A stretch of 64,000 nucleotides of DNA from Somniosus microcephalus. Taxonomy: Eukaryota. The position numbers were made by a program, and so were the translations under genes. Location: the NCBI GenBank assembly GCA_052327205.1, contig CM126222.1:47306001-47370000 (forward strand), written 5' to 3'. This document shows positions 52,120-63,914 of the stretch, piece by piece. Position 1 is the stretch's first letter, and every line of letters starts with the position of its first letter. The notes under the pieces are model-generated. The model was not told where the DNA came from. It saw only the letters and a list, made by a program, of their open reading frames with translations, and did not search any database.

Positions 52120-53075
52120 ATTCATGTATGACGTAAAACATCCCAAAGCGCTTCAAAGGAGCATTAACAAACAAAATTTGACACTGAGCCACATAAGGAG
52201 ATATTAGGGCAGTTGACCAAAAGATTGGTCAAAGATGTATGTTTTAAAGGGTATCTTAAAGGAGGAAAGAGAGGTAGAGAGGTTTAAGGAGAGAATTCCA
52301 GAGCTTAGGGCCTCGGCAGCTGAAGGCATGGCCGCCAATGATGGAGCGATTAAAATCGAGGATGTGCAAGAGGCCAGAATTGTAGGTTCACTGATATCTT
52401 GGAGGGTTGTAGGGCTGGAGGAGGTTACAGAGATAGGGAGGGGCAAGGCCATGGAGGGATTTGGAAACAAGGATGAGAATTTTTAAATCGAGGCGTTGCT
52501 CAACCGGGAGCCAATGTAAGTCAGCGGGCACAGGGGTGATGAGTGAACAGGGCTTGGTGCCAGTTAGGATACAGGCAGCAGAGTTTTGGATAAGCTTAAG
52601 TTTATGGAGAATGAAAGATGGGAGTCCGACCAGGTGTGTGTTGGAATAGTCAAGTCTAGAGGTAACTAAAGCATGGATGAGGGTTTCAGTAGCAGATGAG
52701 TTCAGGCAAAGGCCGAGTCGGGCGATGACAGAGGTGGAAGTAGATGGTCTTAGTGATGGTGCGGATATGTGGTCAGAAGCTCATCTCTGGGTCAAATATG
52801 GCACCACAGTTACAAACAGTCTAGTTCAGCCTCAGACAGTTGCCAGGGAGAGGGATGGAGTTGGTTGCTAGGGGATGGAGTTTGTGGCGGAGACCAAAGA
52901 CAATGACTTTGGTCTTCCTGATATTTAGTTGGAGGAAATTTCTACTCATCCAGTACTGGATGTTAGACAGGCAGTTTGATAAATTAGAGACAGTGGAGGG
53001 GTCGAGAGAGGTGGTGGTGAGGTAGAACAAGGTGTCGTCAGCGTACATGTGGAAATTGACGTCGTGATTTCAGAC
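52120..53075 (-). mobile_element. L2 LINE 3' ~950 bp
   Basis: ORF 52821-53048 (MYADDT.FYL...WMSRNFLQLNI.KTK.IVF) is the L2 RT catalytic region, followed by an L2 3' region. Confidence 0.92.
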
Positions 53076-53094
53076 ACAAAGTTATTTGAAGAAC

Positions 53095-54172
53095 CATTTA
53101 TATAGTGCCTTTCCCAACGTCAGGAAATCACAAAACACTTTACAGCCAATTAAGTATTTTTGAAGTGAAGTTGTTGTACTGTAAGACAGTGTTTCTCAAA
53201 CTGGGGTCCGCGGACACCCAGGGGTCCGTAGAGACTTTCCAGGGGGTCTGCGACCGGAGGTCACTTCAGACCTGCTCCTCTTTATAGAACCGACACTGAT
53301 TCAGTTCTTGCGAATTATTCTCAACGGCTGGGCCCGGCTCCTCACTGAGGCCCACAGCTCTCACTCACTTTGCAATGAGCGCTCCCTGCCGGTTGAGCCG
53401 ATTCCTCTTCCTGGCGCCGCAACTTTGTGCCATCCTCCCGACACATGATCAGAACGCCTGCAGGGCCCTTCAAACCTGTACCTGAACGTGTTCACACAAA
53501 CATGTGCAATTCCACAGTGCAGCTGTTACAGAACATGCCAGTGGGACAGTATGGCAATCAGTCGTGCTTCCAGCAACATCCCAGCATGTGCATGGGTGCT
53601 TGTGCCCTCACTCATCTTGGCGAGCTTACTGATGGCTTTAAAAATTGTCCAGCTCTAAGTGGCTAAAGGTGGCCATCTGTTGCTGTGATGTCACTGATAT
53701 CTGTAAGTAAATACCTGCTTTCTTAAAAGCATTCTTTACATGCACCATCTTCGTATTTTATAGTATTTTAATTTAGATGGGGGGTCTGTGATTACTAATC
53801 CATTTGAAAAGGGGTCCTTCAACCAAAAAAGTTTGAGAACGACTGCTGTAGGAAACACAGCAGCCAATTTGCACACAGCAAGTTCCCACATACAGCATTG
53901 TGATAATGACCAGATAATCTGTTTTATTTATGTTAGCCGTGGAATAAATATTGGCCAGGTTCCGGGAGAGATCTCAATCTGCTCTTCTTCAAAATAGTGC
54001 CATGGGATCTTTTACGTCTCATCCAAAAGACGGCACCTCCGACAACGCAACATTCCCTCAGTACTGCACTGAAGTGTCAGCTTGGATTATGTGCTCAATG
54101 CTGGAGTGGGAATTAAACCCACAACATTCTGGCTCAGAGGCGAGAGTGCTACCACTGAGTCACGACTGACAC
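53095..54172 (-). mobile_element. Deu-domain SINE (SacSINE1-like), split by a hAT MITE
   Basis: Deu core cttcaaaatagtgccatgggatcttttacgtctcatccaaaagacggcacctccgac. tRNA-like head at ~54095-54170. Tail at 53095-53186. Confidence 0.85.
53187..53845. mobile_element. hAT-Charlie-type MITE
   Basis: TIRs CAGTGTTTCTCAAAC ... GTTTGAGAACGACTG, 8-bp TSD CTGTAAGA/CTGTAGGA (7/8 match), repeated GGGGTCC subterminal motifs. Confidence 0.88.
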
Positions 54173-55984
54173 CGAGAAAACTATCTCTATCAACACTGTT
54201 AACATTCACACTATGCCACCAATATTCAGTCATTGTTGTGCATGTAAAAATAAAAATAGAAATATATTGTATCTACTAAATATAAAATATTAAATCTGTG
54301 CTATGACCGGCAAAGAACATAGTATAGATATGAGTATTCATCGTTTATTCTGCACCTCTTAACATTTAAAATGGTCCTGGCCTCTCGAGTCAGTATAGCC
54401 CAAGGAAATAACAGAAGGATTTCACCTCGCCAACTCCAAAAAAGGGGCTGCATATTTGCTCATCATAATAATGTTCAAAAATACTTTAAATTATTTCAGC
54501 TTTTGTAGATTAATTTGATCAGAAAAGCTTTTAGCAGATTCACAAATATAGGAGTAAATTGATTTTACATTCTTATTTTCTGAGTTGCCAACTGAAAATG
54601 GAATGGGAAAAAAGCCATGTGCACGTGAAGAAATGCATTTGCATGTTTCCCCCTTAGGCCTGATGGTATGTCGTAAGTCTCAGACTTTCCTGCCTTTACC
54701 AATAGGAATCAGGCTTGGTTTTCTCCCAGTCCCAGCTCCAATTACTTCTGCTTTCTCAGACCCTTCATTTTAGTTGCTTTAATAGTAAGAGAAAGAAAAA
54801 AGAATCACGATTCAAGGCCATAATTAAAGAGCAAGAGCAAGGCCAGCAGTGTTTTTTTAATTTCCATTTCAACTAGCAGTAATAACAGTAAGAGAGTGAT
54901 TTAAAAAAAAAATCAAAATTGAAACTTACGGAAAAACAAAATTAAAAACTCATTTACTGTTTTCCCCACAGCTTTATAAGTAATTTCAAAGCTTATTCAG
55001 AAATAAAAAATGTTAGAAATACAGCAAGACTTTATATCAGAGATTTTTGAATAAATGTTTTTAATTAATTATTTTAAAATGTTAAAATAGATAATGAAAT
55101 ATTAGCTTTATGAGCATATATGGTATAAGCAGTACTTAGCAGTATCATCAATACTTGTACAACAAGGAATGTTCATTTTCCTTTCAAACTTCCCCCCCTC
55201 CATTTATTGGATTAAGCATGTATTTGAGTCAGCCCAGTTCTGATGTGGAAGGCAAAATGCAGCACTGTACTGTTAAGTTCCACCTGTTGCTCTGCGTTCA
55301 TAAACTTCTTTTCACACACAAAAAAACTTTCTATTTCTTAATTGAGGCTGAAGAATGTCGGTGAGGCAGACAATAATGTGCATGCCTCTGCATATGATGT
55401 TCGAGCCTTTTCCCAATACTAGAGCCAGCTTATCACCCTCACTATGAAATTTTGTTGATGATACTCCCAATCAGATTGCTCTGATCCAACCATTTCTTCA
55501 GTGTCAGCTTTCACAGATTGCAGTTTCTCACTAATGGACTTATGTACACCTATCTAGAAGTATGCAGCTAAGTTTCAAACTCAAGAAATACTGATGGGAT
55601 TTGAAGACCTGGTGAGACAAAATAAGTTAGTAGGTTTAATACATTCTGATGAAACACTGTTAATGTAACCGAGATGACAATTTAATAAGTACAGGACATT
55701 AACAGACATACAGCCGAACCTACCAATGCTTCATGCTTTGTCTATTTTGACAGGAATACAATTGGCATTAATTAAATCACTTTCCACTGTTGGTGAAAAT
55801 CTCCAAATGTGTTTTGAATTTGTTCAGACAAGGTGTCATTTACAGGTGCGCAAGTCACAACAGTTATCACTATTCAAATAAAAAATTACATCAAAGTTAC
55901 TTGTTTAACATTGTATGTTATATCTAATCCCAGACTACATGTCCCTACACATCTACCAAGGTCCCCAAGGAATATTTTAATGAA

Positions 55985-56512
55985 ATTAGGAAAAGAGCAG
56001 TAATGTTGAACTCATATAAATCTTAGTTTAGCTGCAGCTGCAATACTGTGGAAGCTTTGGACTTGAACCCACAACCTTCTGGCTCAGAGGTGAGAATGCA
56101 ACCACTGAGCCAAAGCCAACACCTTATGTTATGAAGAGAAACTTGGGAAGCTGGAGCTTGTTCACTGAAGCCGAGAAGGTTAATGTTGGCCTGGTAGAGG
56201 TCTTCAAGATTAAAAAGGGTTATGATAGGGCAGTGATAGAGTACAAATTTAAGATAATTACAAAAATAATTAAATGGAAGGTTAGGAAAAGAAATCTTAA
56301 ATGGAAAATGGTTAGAGTGTTAAATTCTCTGCAGCAAACGGTTGTTGAAGCAGTAATTTTGAAAGGGAATTAGGTAGTTGCTTAAAAAAAGAGTATTAAA
56401 GAATATTGGGAGCAAGTTGGAGAGTAGGATTAGATTAAGTGGCTCATGTGGAGAAAACAACAGCACAGACTGATGCCCTATTTCCGTGCTGTAACTTTCT
56501 ATGATTCTATCA
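55985..56512 (+). mobile_element. Old CR1 3' end with a SINE head inserted (~56058-56122, minus strand)
   Basis: Decayed LVEVFKI.KGYDR...RVLNSL..TVVEA and ttctatgattctat tail. Insert ggacttgaacccacaaccttctggctcagagg. Confidence 0.7.
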
Positions 56513-56649
56513 TATTTTTAAAATTGAATTGGAATTCAATAAATTGGCACAATTATTAACAAACAATCTGAATATTCAAAAAGTTAATTAGTCTGCAAGT
56601 CATCTTCAGTTGTATATTATCTGTTTACTTTACTTTTGGATGTTGTTCA

Positions 56650-58250
56650 AAATTCTTGAACCTGTCCAGAAGAATATCCATTTTGAAAATCACTACACTA
56701 ACTATGTTTGGATCCTCCAACAAGGTTCAGTTTGGGGTAGTAAAAGTATTCTTGAGCAACTCTGTACTTATCAGACTGTTTTCATCAGTCCTATTTTACT
56801 GGCTGTCCTCTTGCCTGAATTGGTGTCAGAAGGAATAACTATCGCCAAGGTCACCCAATGAAAAACATTTGGGTATATTTGCTGAAGTGTGAAGTGTGGA
56901 GTTGGTCTGCTTGCCTGTCATCAGATGACTGATAGAATGCTCTTCTGCTCTAGCTGAGACTTGAGCTTGCCTTCTAAACATAAACATCTGCTGCCTGAAT
57001 GACTGAAACTCAAGCAGTAACCTGCCCTTGTCCAATACAGGAACTAGACTTTTTTGCTCTCTTCTGTCGATGTCTGTCCTCTTCACCTCATCAAAGTTTC
57101 CAAAGACTTTGACTTATTTATTGCCGTAGTCATGCAACTTGCTGCTGTCCTGTGGCAGATTCCTATGGTCAAGTGTGCTAAAAGCTTCAAAGTGCTTAGA
57201 GTTTTAAAAGCAGTTTTAAATTATATGACTAAGACGCAGATAATTCTTCATGGCTTCGTCATGAAAGCTTCCGCGACCATCCTTCTTATTGCCTTTCTCA
57301 TTTTATGCTGAAATGTAACTGGAACATATATTGTGGCTTTTTAAAGTTGCTGGTAGGACCAGAAAAAAAACCAGGAATACCCATGATGTCATGTAATTTC
57401 CTGATCACAAACACATTCTCAGGAGTCACAGGCTGCACTCTGATTCCGATTGCCTCTGGTTTCCTTTTATGAAAAAAAATCTGATTCAAGAGCACTTCAA
57501 ATGTTACAATGTCAAATTAAACTTCTGTCACAAGTCTCTATGTGAGGGCCACCTGCAATCTGTTGATTTGATTACTTTAAGCTTATTTCCTACAATTCCC
57601 TGTAGCTAAGCAAGAATCTCTGATGTGCACTGTTGCAAAACAGATTACCAAGAGCTACAAAACAAAACTCAGCCCTTTTCAGAATAGGATTCCTGGAGAG
57701 GAGGTGCTTGAAGCACAATGTAAGTTTGGGGTTTCTGTAGTTGATGTTCAATGAATATGCTGCATGGTGAATGATGAGTCTTTTTTTTTACTGTGCCACA
57801 GATTGCACTGAAACCATATAGGCTAACAATTAGACATTCTCAATCTTGATTTCCTTGGTTAAAGAGGAACTGCTAAATATATCTCATTAAACTTTCTGCT
57901 GTTATTTTGTTATGCTTATCATGTGCCAAGAAAATGCTTTTTGGAAGCATTTTGTGTTTTCATCCACCATTGACATAATGTTCTTGATTATTTTCATGTG
58001 TGGATTCAACAATCCCAATGATATGTTATTTCACAACAAATTAAACTAAGAACAGCTCTTCAATATAGTCATTAACACATAGTATAAACTCTCATTACCA
58101 GCTACATAAATAAGTGACTTCAAGGTCTGCTTATAAATACATGCTCATTTTCAGCAAATCTATAGGGTCCTGAAAATCCAGAATGCACATCTGTCTACAG
58201 TTATTGCAGCGTTTATGCAGCAAAGCTGCCAATAATTCTGTGCTTTAAGA
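56650..58250 (-). pseudogene. Fossil hAT transposase, ZNF862-like
   Basis: Colinear minus-strand motifs: MSMVDEN (~57977-57955), LKVIKSTDCRWPSH (57581-57540), KPEAIGI..KLHDIMGI (ORF 57298-57495), FEAFSTLDHRNLP...DYGN (~57192-57120) and TLAIVIPSDT..GKRTASKIGLMKT (~56855-56776). Many stops and frameshifts. Confidence 0.72.
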
Positions 58251-60276
58251 TGTATATGGTCTTTAGAACGCTTCCCCACAGACAGCTGCCTGTATAGATA
58301 ACTGAATATATAACAAAACATTACTTTCTGTTGTCAATTTTTCTCATCATAAATGCTGTCCACATTTATAATGGAACTGCATATGTAAATCTGTTACATT
58401 GTTATATACATCCTTCCACCAGTGATGGTATTGTAGTACCTAAGTTTTATGTCTCCCAGTTCCCCAACCTATATTGCCGAGAAACTCCTATGCTCCAACC
58501 AGTCTCCTTCACTCTTTCCCAAATTGCCATAAGTTTTTCCATATAACAAGGTAAAATGAAAATATATTATATAAAAATAATGACTTCAAAATAGGGATTG
58601 AATTACATGTGTATCCCGGTCCAATTGTCCCCCGCCCTCACCTGAAGTCTACACTTGGTCTTGATATCCAGTGAACAATTCCATGGGTGACACATACATA
58701 CACACATATATACTCGTCGATCTCCTGTGGCATTGCACATGGTAAGTCGGAGAATATAGCCACTCTCTTACTTGTCTCTGATGTCTTTGTGTTGCTGTAT
58801 ATCTGTCTCTCCTTTTCTCTTCTCTTCTGCTTCCCTTCCTTTAACTCTTTGCTCCCCTTTGCCTTTTTCTTTTCTTTTGGGTGGGAGGCTTCTCTTCCCA
58901 TAATCACTCGTGCTTCCTCCCACTCACTCACTCCCACTGCATCCCCTACTCCTTCACTTTTTCAATCTCTCGTCCCCTTCCTGCCACCCCCTCACTCTGA
59001 TCACTACTCTACCTTTTCTCCTTCGAACTACATATGCAACCAATATATCCTCCCCTCCCCCTTGCCCCGCTGCCACTTATCGCACCCGTAACCTTCCTTC
59101 CACTCCAAGTTCCCACTCTCTCCCCCCAAAGATGGGTGGCACATGCAATGGGCCCTCTTGGCCTCTTCCTTCCTTTTTTTGTTCAATGAGGCTTTCAAAA
59201 CTCAACTTACTTAGAATCATAGAAAGTTACAGCACAGAAGTAGGCCATTCTGGAGAGCTGCCCACTTTAGTCCTACATCCCAACTTTTTTTTAAACATAA
59301 TGCTGCAAATTAAACCTCATCAAGTAAAAAATGTGATTTAAAAATAAATTAAATTATGAGGAAAGACACTATCTGTCCACCTTGTTCTCTATTTGTACGC
59401 ATGTCCCTTCCTCGCTGTCTCATAGGTGTAAGTAATTCGTATCTCTGTCTCACAGGCATAAAGAATTAGCAATTATCTTTTACAACTGTCAGCAAAACAC
59501 AGGTGGATAATTAAATGGCTTCAGAATTAAATTTTGTTTTTGAAAAGTGAATTAACATGAAGTCTCTCTCTACTCCTGCTTTCTCTTTCTCTCTACCCCG
59601 AGTATCTCTCTGCCCCTAAGCTTATTACTCTTTTTGTAGTTTATAGAACATAAAAAATCTACAAAAGGTATGGAATCAAAAGTATTTTTCCTCATTCTCT
59701 CGCAACAGGGACAAAAAGTCAATATAAATTTTACCTCAATAAAGCTATTGACATTTGTCCTTTTGTTTTTCAAAATTATTTGAATAAAAGCTACTGAGTA
59801 GAAAATGCTAGAATTTAAAGAAAAATATTTTCTCAGTAGAGTGGAGTGAAAAGTACTAATGCACCCTAGGAAATTAAGCACCCTGCATTGGCTCAAACCG
59901 CATAATCGGATTTCAGTTCACAGAATCTCAGCTCTGGGCAAAAATATAAAGTTCAAGCCCAAGCTTTTGGGAAAAGCTGAGGCTTTTGAGCAAAATCTTT
60001 CTTGGATACATTATAAGGCATAATTCAGTGAATACATTTGAATCATATTATTGGGAAATATGTAATTTAATGAATTTTCTATTTTGTTTACACCATTATT
60101 TTGGAGATCAAAAATTTCAGTTAGAGGAAAAAATAGCTTAATGTAAAAAAAACTCAAGTAATTTTGGGGAAAACAGGTGGCCAGATTGTGCAATCACAGA
60201 GCAAAATGCTTTCATCAAAATAGTAGCTATTGTGTGTCGTATAGTGTGACACCTTAAACACTGAAAAGACCTATAA

Positions 60277-60309
60277 CAGTGCCACCTACAGGACTAACTA
60301 GTACTGCAG
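60277..60309 (-). promoter_or_regulatory. Candidate CTCF site with upstream motif
   Basis: Minus strand CTGCAGTAC-tagttag-TCCTGTAGGTGGCACTG: a core-like sequence plus an upstream TGCAG module, in unique DNA. Confidence 0.5.
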
Positions 60310-60365
60310 GTACTTATGAATTTTTAATGAAACACGCAATCCATGTGCTAAATTGAATATACAAT

Positions 60366-61111
60366 GGCCCAGAAATTGGTGTCGGGGGCTTCCCGTGGGT
60401 GCAAGCCCCCGACCTACACTTACATAGCGCGCTGACAGTTGAAGCCTGGCCCTGCGTGGATTTCCTGTCAGTGGCCCGGTTCAGCTCCCGGCGCGCTGTG
60501 CTTGCGTGATCCAGCGGCGTAGTTAGTTCGATGAGCCGGCTGGGATCACGTGAGCACTGGGCAACCAATCGGAGGTTGCAAAAGTTCATTCATGAGTTTG
60601 ATAGTAAGAACTGTCAAACTCATGAAAACTCCAGGTGCCCAAAACAGTACTTAAACTTCAAATAAAAGTTTTTAAAAATCCCACTAATTAGATGAACTAT
60701 TAATAACTGTAAAAAACTAATTTAAACAATTATTCAAATTTTTGAAAAAAATAATTTTTTAACAAATCGAGTCTAAAAATACACTTACCTTACTGTAAAG
60801 TCTTTAAAAATAATAAACCTGTGGGAAAAAAATTCTAACTTTAATTAATAGACCACTTACCTTTTAAAACTAAGTACTTATGTCTGCTTTTTTCTCGCGT
60901 AAAAACTGGAGGCCTTATCGCACGGGCAACCCTGTAAAAAAAAAAGGAATTTCAGCGCGCACGCGTTCGACCTCTGAACCCCTTGGTTCAGAGGATCGGA
61001 AATGCCGGTTTTCCGCGCATGCGCTGTGCATGCAGAAAACCGGCAATTCCAGCGGTCCCACGTGTGAGTACACGGTGCTTACTCACGCGTTGGGACCCGA
61101 ATTACTGGGCC
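60366..61111. mobile_element. Harbinger-type MITE (family A-related, divergent copy 3)
   Basis: TIRs GGCCCAGAAATT ... AATTACTGGGCC with TSD AAT/AAT. Same architecture and shared motifs (ctgggatcacgtg, gatcggaaatgccggttttc, gcgcatgcgc). Confidence 0.85.
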
Positions 61112-63079
61112 AATAGATATATAAAAATCAGTTACAGTCAAGGGATATGTGTGTACATGCTGAAAATATATATACTGTACATGCAGAGAAACCTCGATGA
61201 CAGTAGCATAATAGTGCCATCCTGTTCACCCATGTGTATTTCAATATCTGAATTACAGCATCCATTCTCAACATAAATAAGGTACAAACCAGGAGTCCAC
61301 TGCTCTTGTACTGTAGCTACCAGCCACGGAGAAGGCATAGTTCCTTTTTGAAATGCCTCAGGGATTTTTTCAACATTTTGATGCAGGAAAATTACATCAT
61401 GGATATGCACAGAAATCTTGATTTTAAGTAGGGACTTGCAATACTTAGAGGGATTCATGCATCCTCTTAACTAAAAGCTCTACAATGTTCTGTTAGTTAT
61501 CCATTTGAGAACACATCATATTGACCACACATGCAAACATCAAAAATACGCCACTTTGAACTTAACCTTGATTGTGATTCAAACCTCCAATCAACTGTAC
61601 AAGACAAACAACTGGGTCTGCTCAAAACGATGTACATAAATAGTTCACAAGAGTTTAAAAATGTCAAAACTATGCCGTTTCAGTTTGACAAGCAATGTAT
61701 ATTTAATCTACAAATGACAAATCTACAAACCAAACTCGAATGTAACCATTAACTAACGGGGCTTCTAATTCCCATACTAAAACAGTAATTGCAGCATATT
61801 TTACTAACTATGTAATTAAGATGTTAAAATCAATCACATTATGAAAGGTTACACATTTTATGATTCAGTAGTGACACACAGTTGCTAAACCATTTACTAT
61901 TACATGATTACTGCAAATTACACATTGAACTGACTTCTTTTGTGTATGTTGTCTAAATTGGAAGCAGCTGTTTGTAAAGCTCATCGCAAATGAATTATTC
62001 CTTCTCACTAATGTATTTATATTTAAGACATTTGACAAATCATCAGCACAGTTTATTTGTTCTGATAAATGTTCACAAAAAGTAACCAAACTTTACACTG
62101 ACCGGACCAAGAGAATGGTTCAAAATGTGTATGACAAAAATTCCAGTTTCAAATTCAAAGCTCTATAAACATATGACTCCCTGTGTTCGATTTTATTATG
62201 CAAATTGCACCCTAAAACGATGATGCATTCAAGTGTGTGATGAATGCAATCAAAGAAATAGGCAAAATTATGGTTTATATATCCATTCCCCATAATTTGA
62301 CAATTCAGCTCCAGGGTTTTTACCTCCCAGGCATTGACAGCTAGCCAAAACGTTATTCTGTATAAATATACATTTTGGAACCACACTTAACTAGACAACT
62401 GAACAATGCTGATAAAACTCCCTCTGGCAAAAAAATGATGTAGAGGGTTTAGGAAAATCTCTTGAAATAAATAGGTTATCTCTTGGGATAAATGTGAGAA
62501 TATGTCATCGTAATAAAAAAAAGTTTTGTACAACATTATCAAAACCTTTGGCACAAAGTACTTTCACATATATTTCAATGTTTAATGTCCCTCTGTCCTA
62601 TGGTTGTGGTAGAAATTGAAATTTTAAAAAAAGTGGCAAAATACAAAATATTATTGCTGACCTTCATATTTTGCAGCATCAATTATGCACATATGGTATA
62701 TCCAAGGTTGTGCTGCACAGGGAGCAATTATTCTTAAAACTTAAAAAAAAACTTAAGATGTTGTGATGAGAGGGGCAATATGTTTCGAGATGGACTGAGT
62801 GACCTGATTCATCTGTACTTAGCTTTGTGAGAGGATTCTGCAGCACGTTGACCTTTTCACAAATCACTGGCTGGATCAGCTAGCTGGCTCACTTTACATA
62901 ACAAGATGTAGAAAATTAAAGGGGTAAACTTGCTTGCATTCCAGTGTTTTACAGCAATCAGGTGACATAAATAATCATAAATCAATTGAAGAATTTGATA
63001 GTACTGTTACAAACAGGTTGGATACACACAGGACGCTCCATGCTAGAGTAGGATGCAACAGATAGAACACAAGGGGAAG

Positions 63080-63225
63080 CTAGATAAGTGCATGACAAAG
63101 AAAGAAATAGAAGGATATGGTGATAGAGTGAGATGAAATAAGGTGGGAAGAGGTTCGTATGGAGCATAAACACTGACATAGACCTGTTGGGCTGAATGGC
63201 CTGTTTCTGTGCTGTATATTCTTTA
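63080..63225 (+). mobile_element. CR1 3'UTR fragment
   Basis: ggagcataaacactgacatagacctgttgggctgaatggcctgtttctgtgctgt. Confidence 0.7.
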
Positions 63226-63914
63226 TCATTTTAACAAGATACCTGAACAGATCTATAATATTATTAATATTATGTCTTGTTTTAGGGACACTTGGGAAAA
63301 TGCCAACCAGGAGTAAGAAGATTGAAAAATGACAGGAGAGAGTGCCACACATGGGTGAGTGTAAGTGTTACAAAGCAGAATCATCTTAGATGTACCCCCG
63401 CATAGAAGAATTTTGGAAACTTCCCTTGATTGAAAAGTGCCTTTCATTGTTACTGAACGCGGAAACAAGTGAGAAAAAGTATTACAAATGATAGAACGAT
63501 CAGGTGAACATGGCAAAACAAATAGGCAGAAATGTATATGAAGGAACAAAGAAATCAAAAGGGGTGAACAAGTGGGCCTCCTGGGCACCCCACAGGCGTT
63601 CCATAATAATGTCTCTAAGACCCAATGAACCCTCAATAAAGAGAGAAATGCTTAACCAAATTTTATTCAAATAGTAATAGATTAGTACGACTGTATAGTT
63701 ACATTTTTGCTTCCTAATTATGCCGTTTGGTATGATTGAATCAATATGAAAAATAACAAAAACTAGCCTGAAAATGAATGGTAGAGGATGAAATGAAACT
63801 GAGCCCCACTAAAGCCAAGTGCTTGACAGTAAATCAGTGAAAAATTAAAGTAACCTACCACATATACACACTTGTTTAATTTGAAATGTCTTTTGGGTTT
63901 TTGGTGGAGAATAA

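Noticed and set aside
54095-54172. tRNA genes (also ~11780-11850, ~41620-41660, ~56058-56122)
   Set aside because: Only degenerate A/B-box remnants, joined to SINE bodies or isolated; no cloverleaf.
58687-59341. 134-aa and 143-aa ORFs
   Set aside because: CT-rich low-complexity sequence that lacks stops by composition; no recognisable domain.
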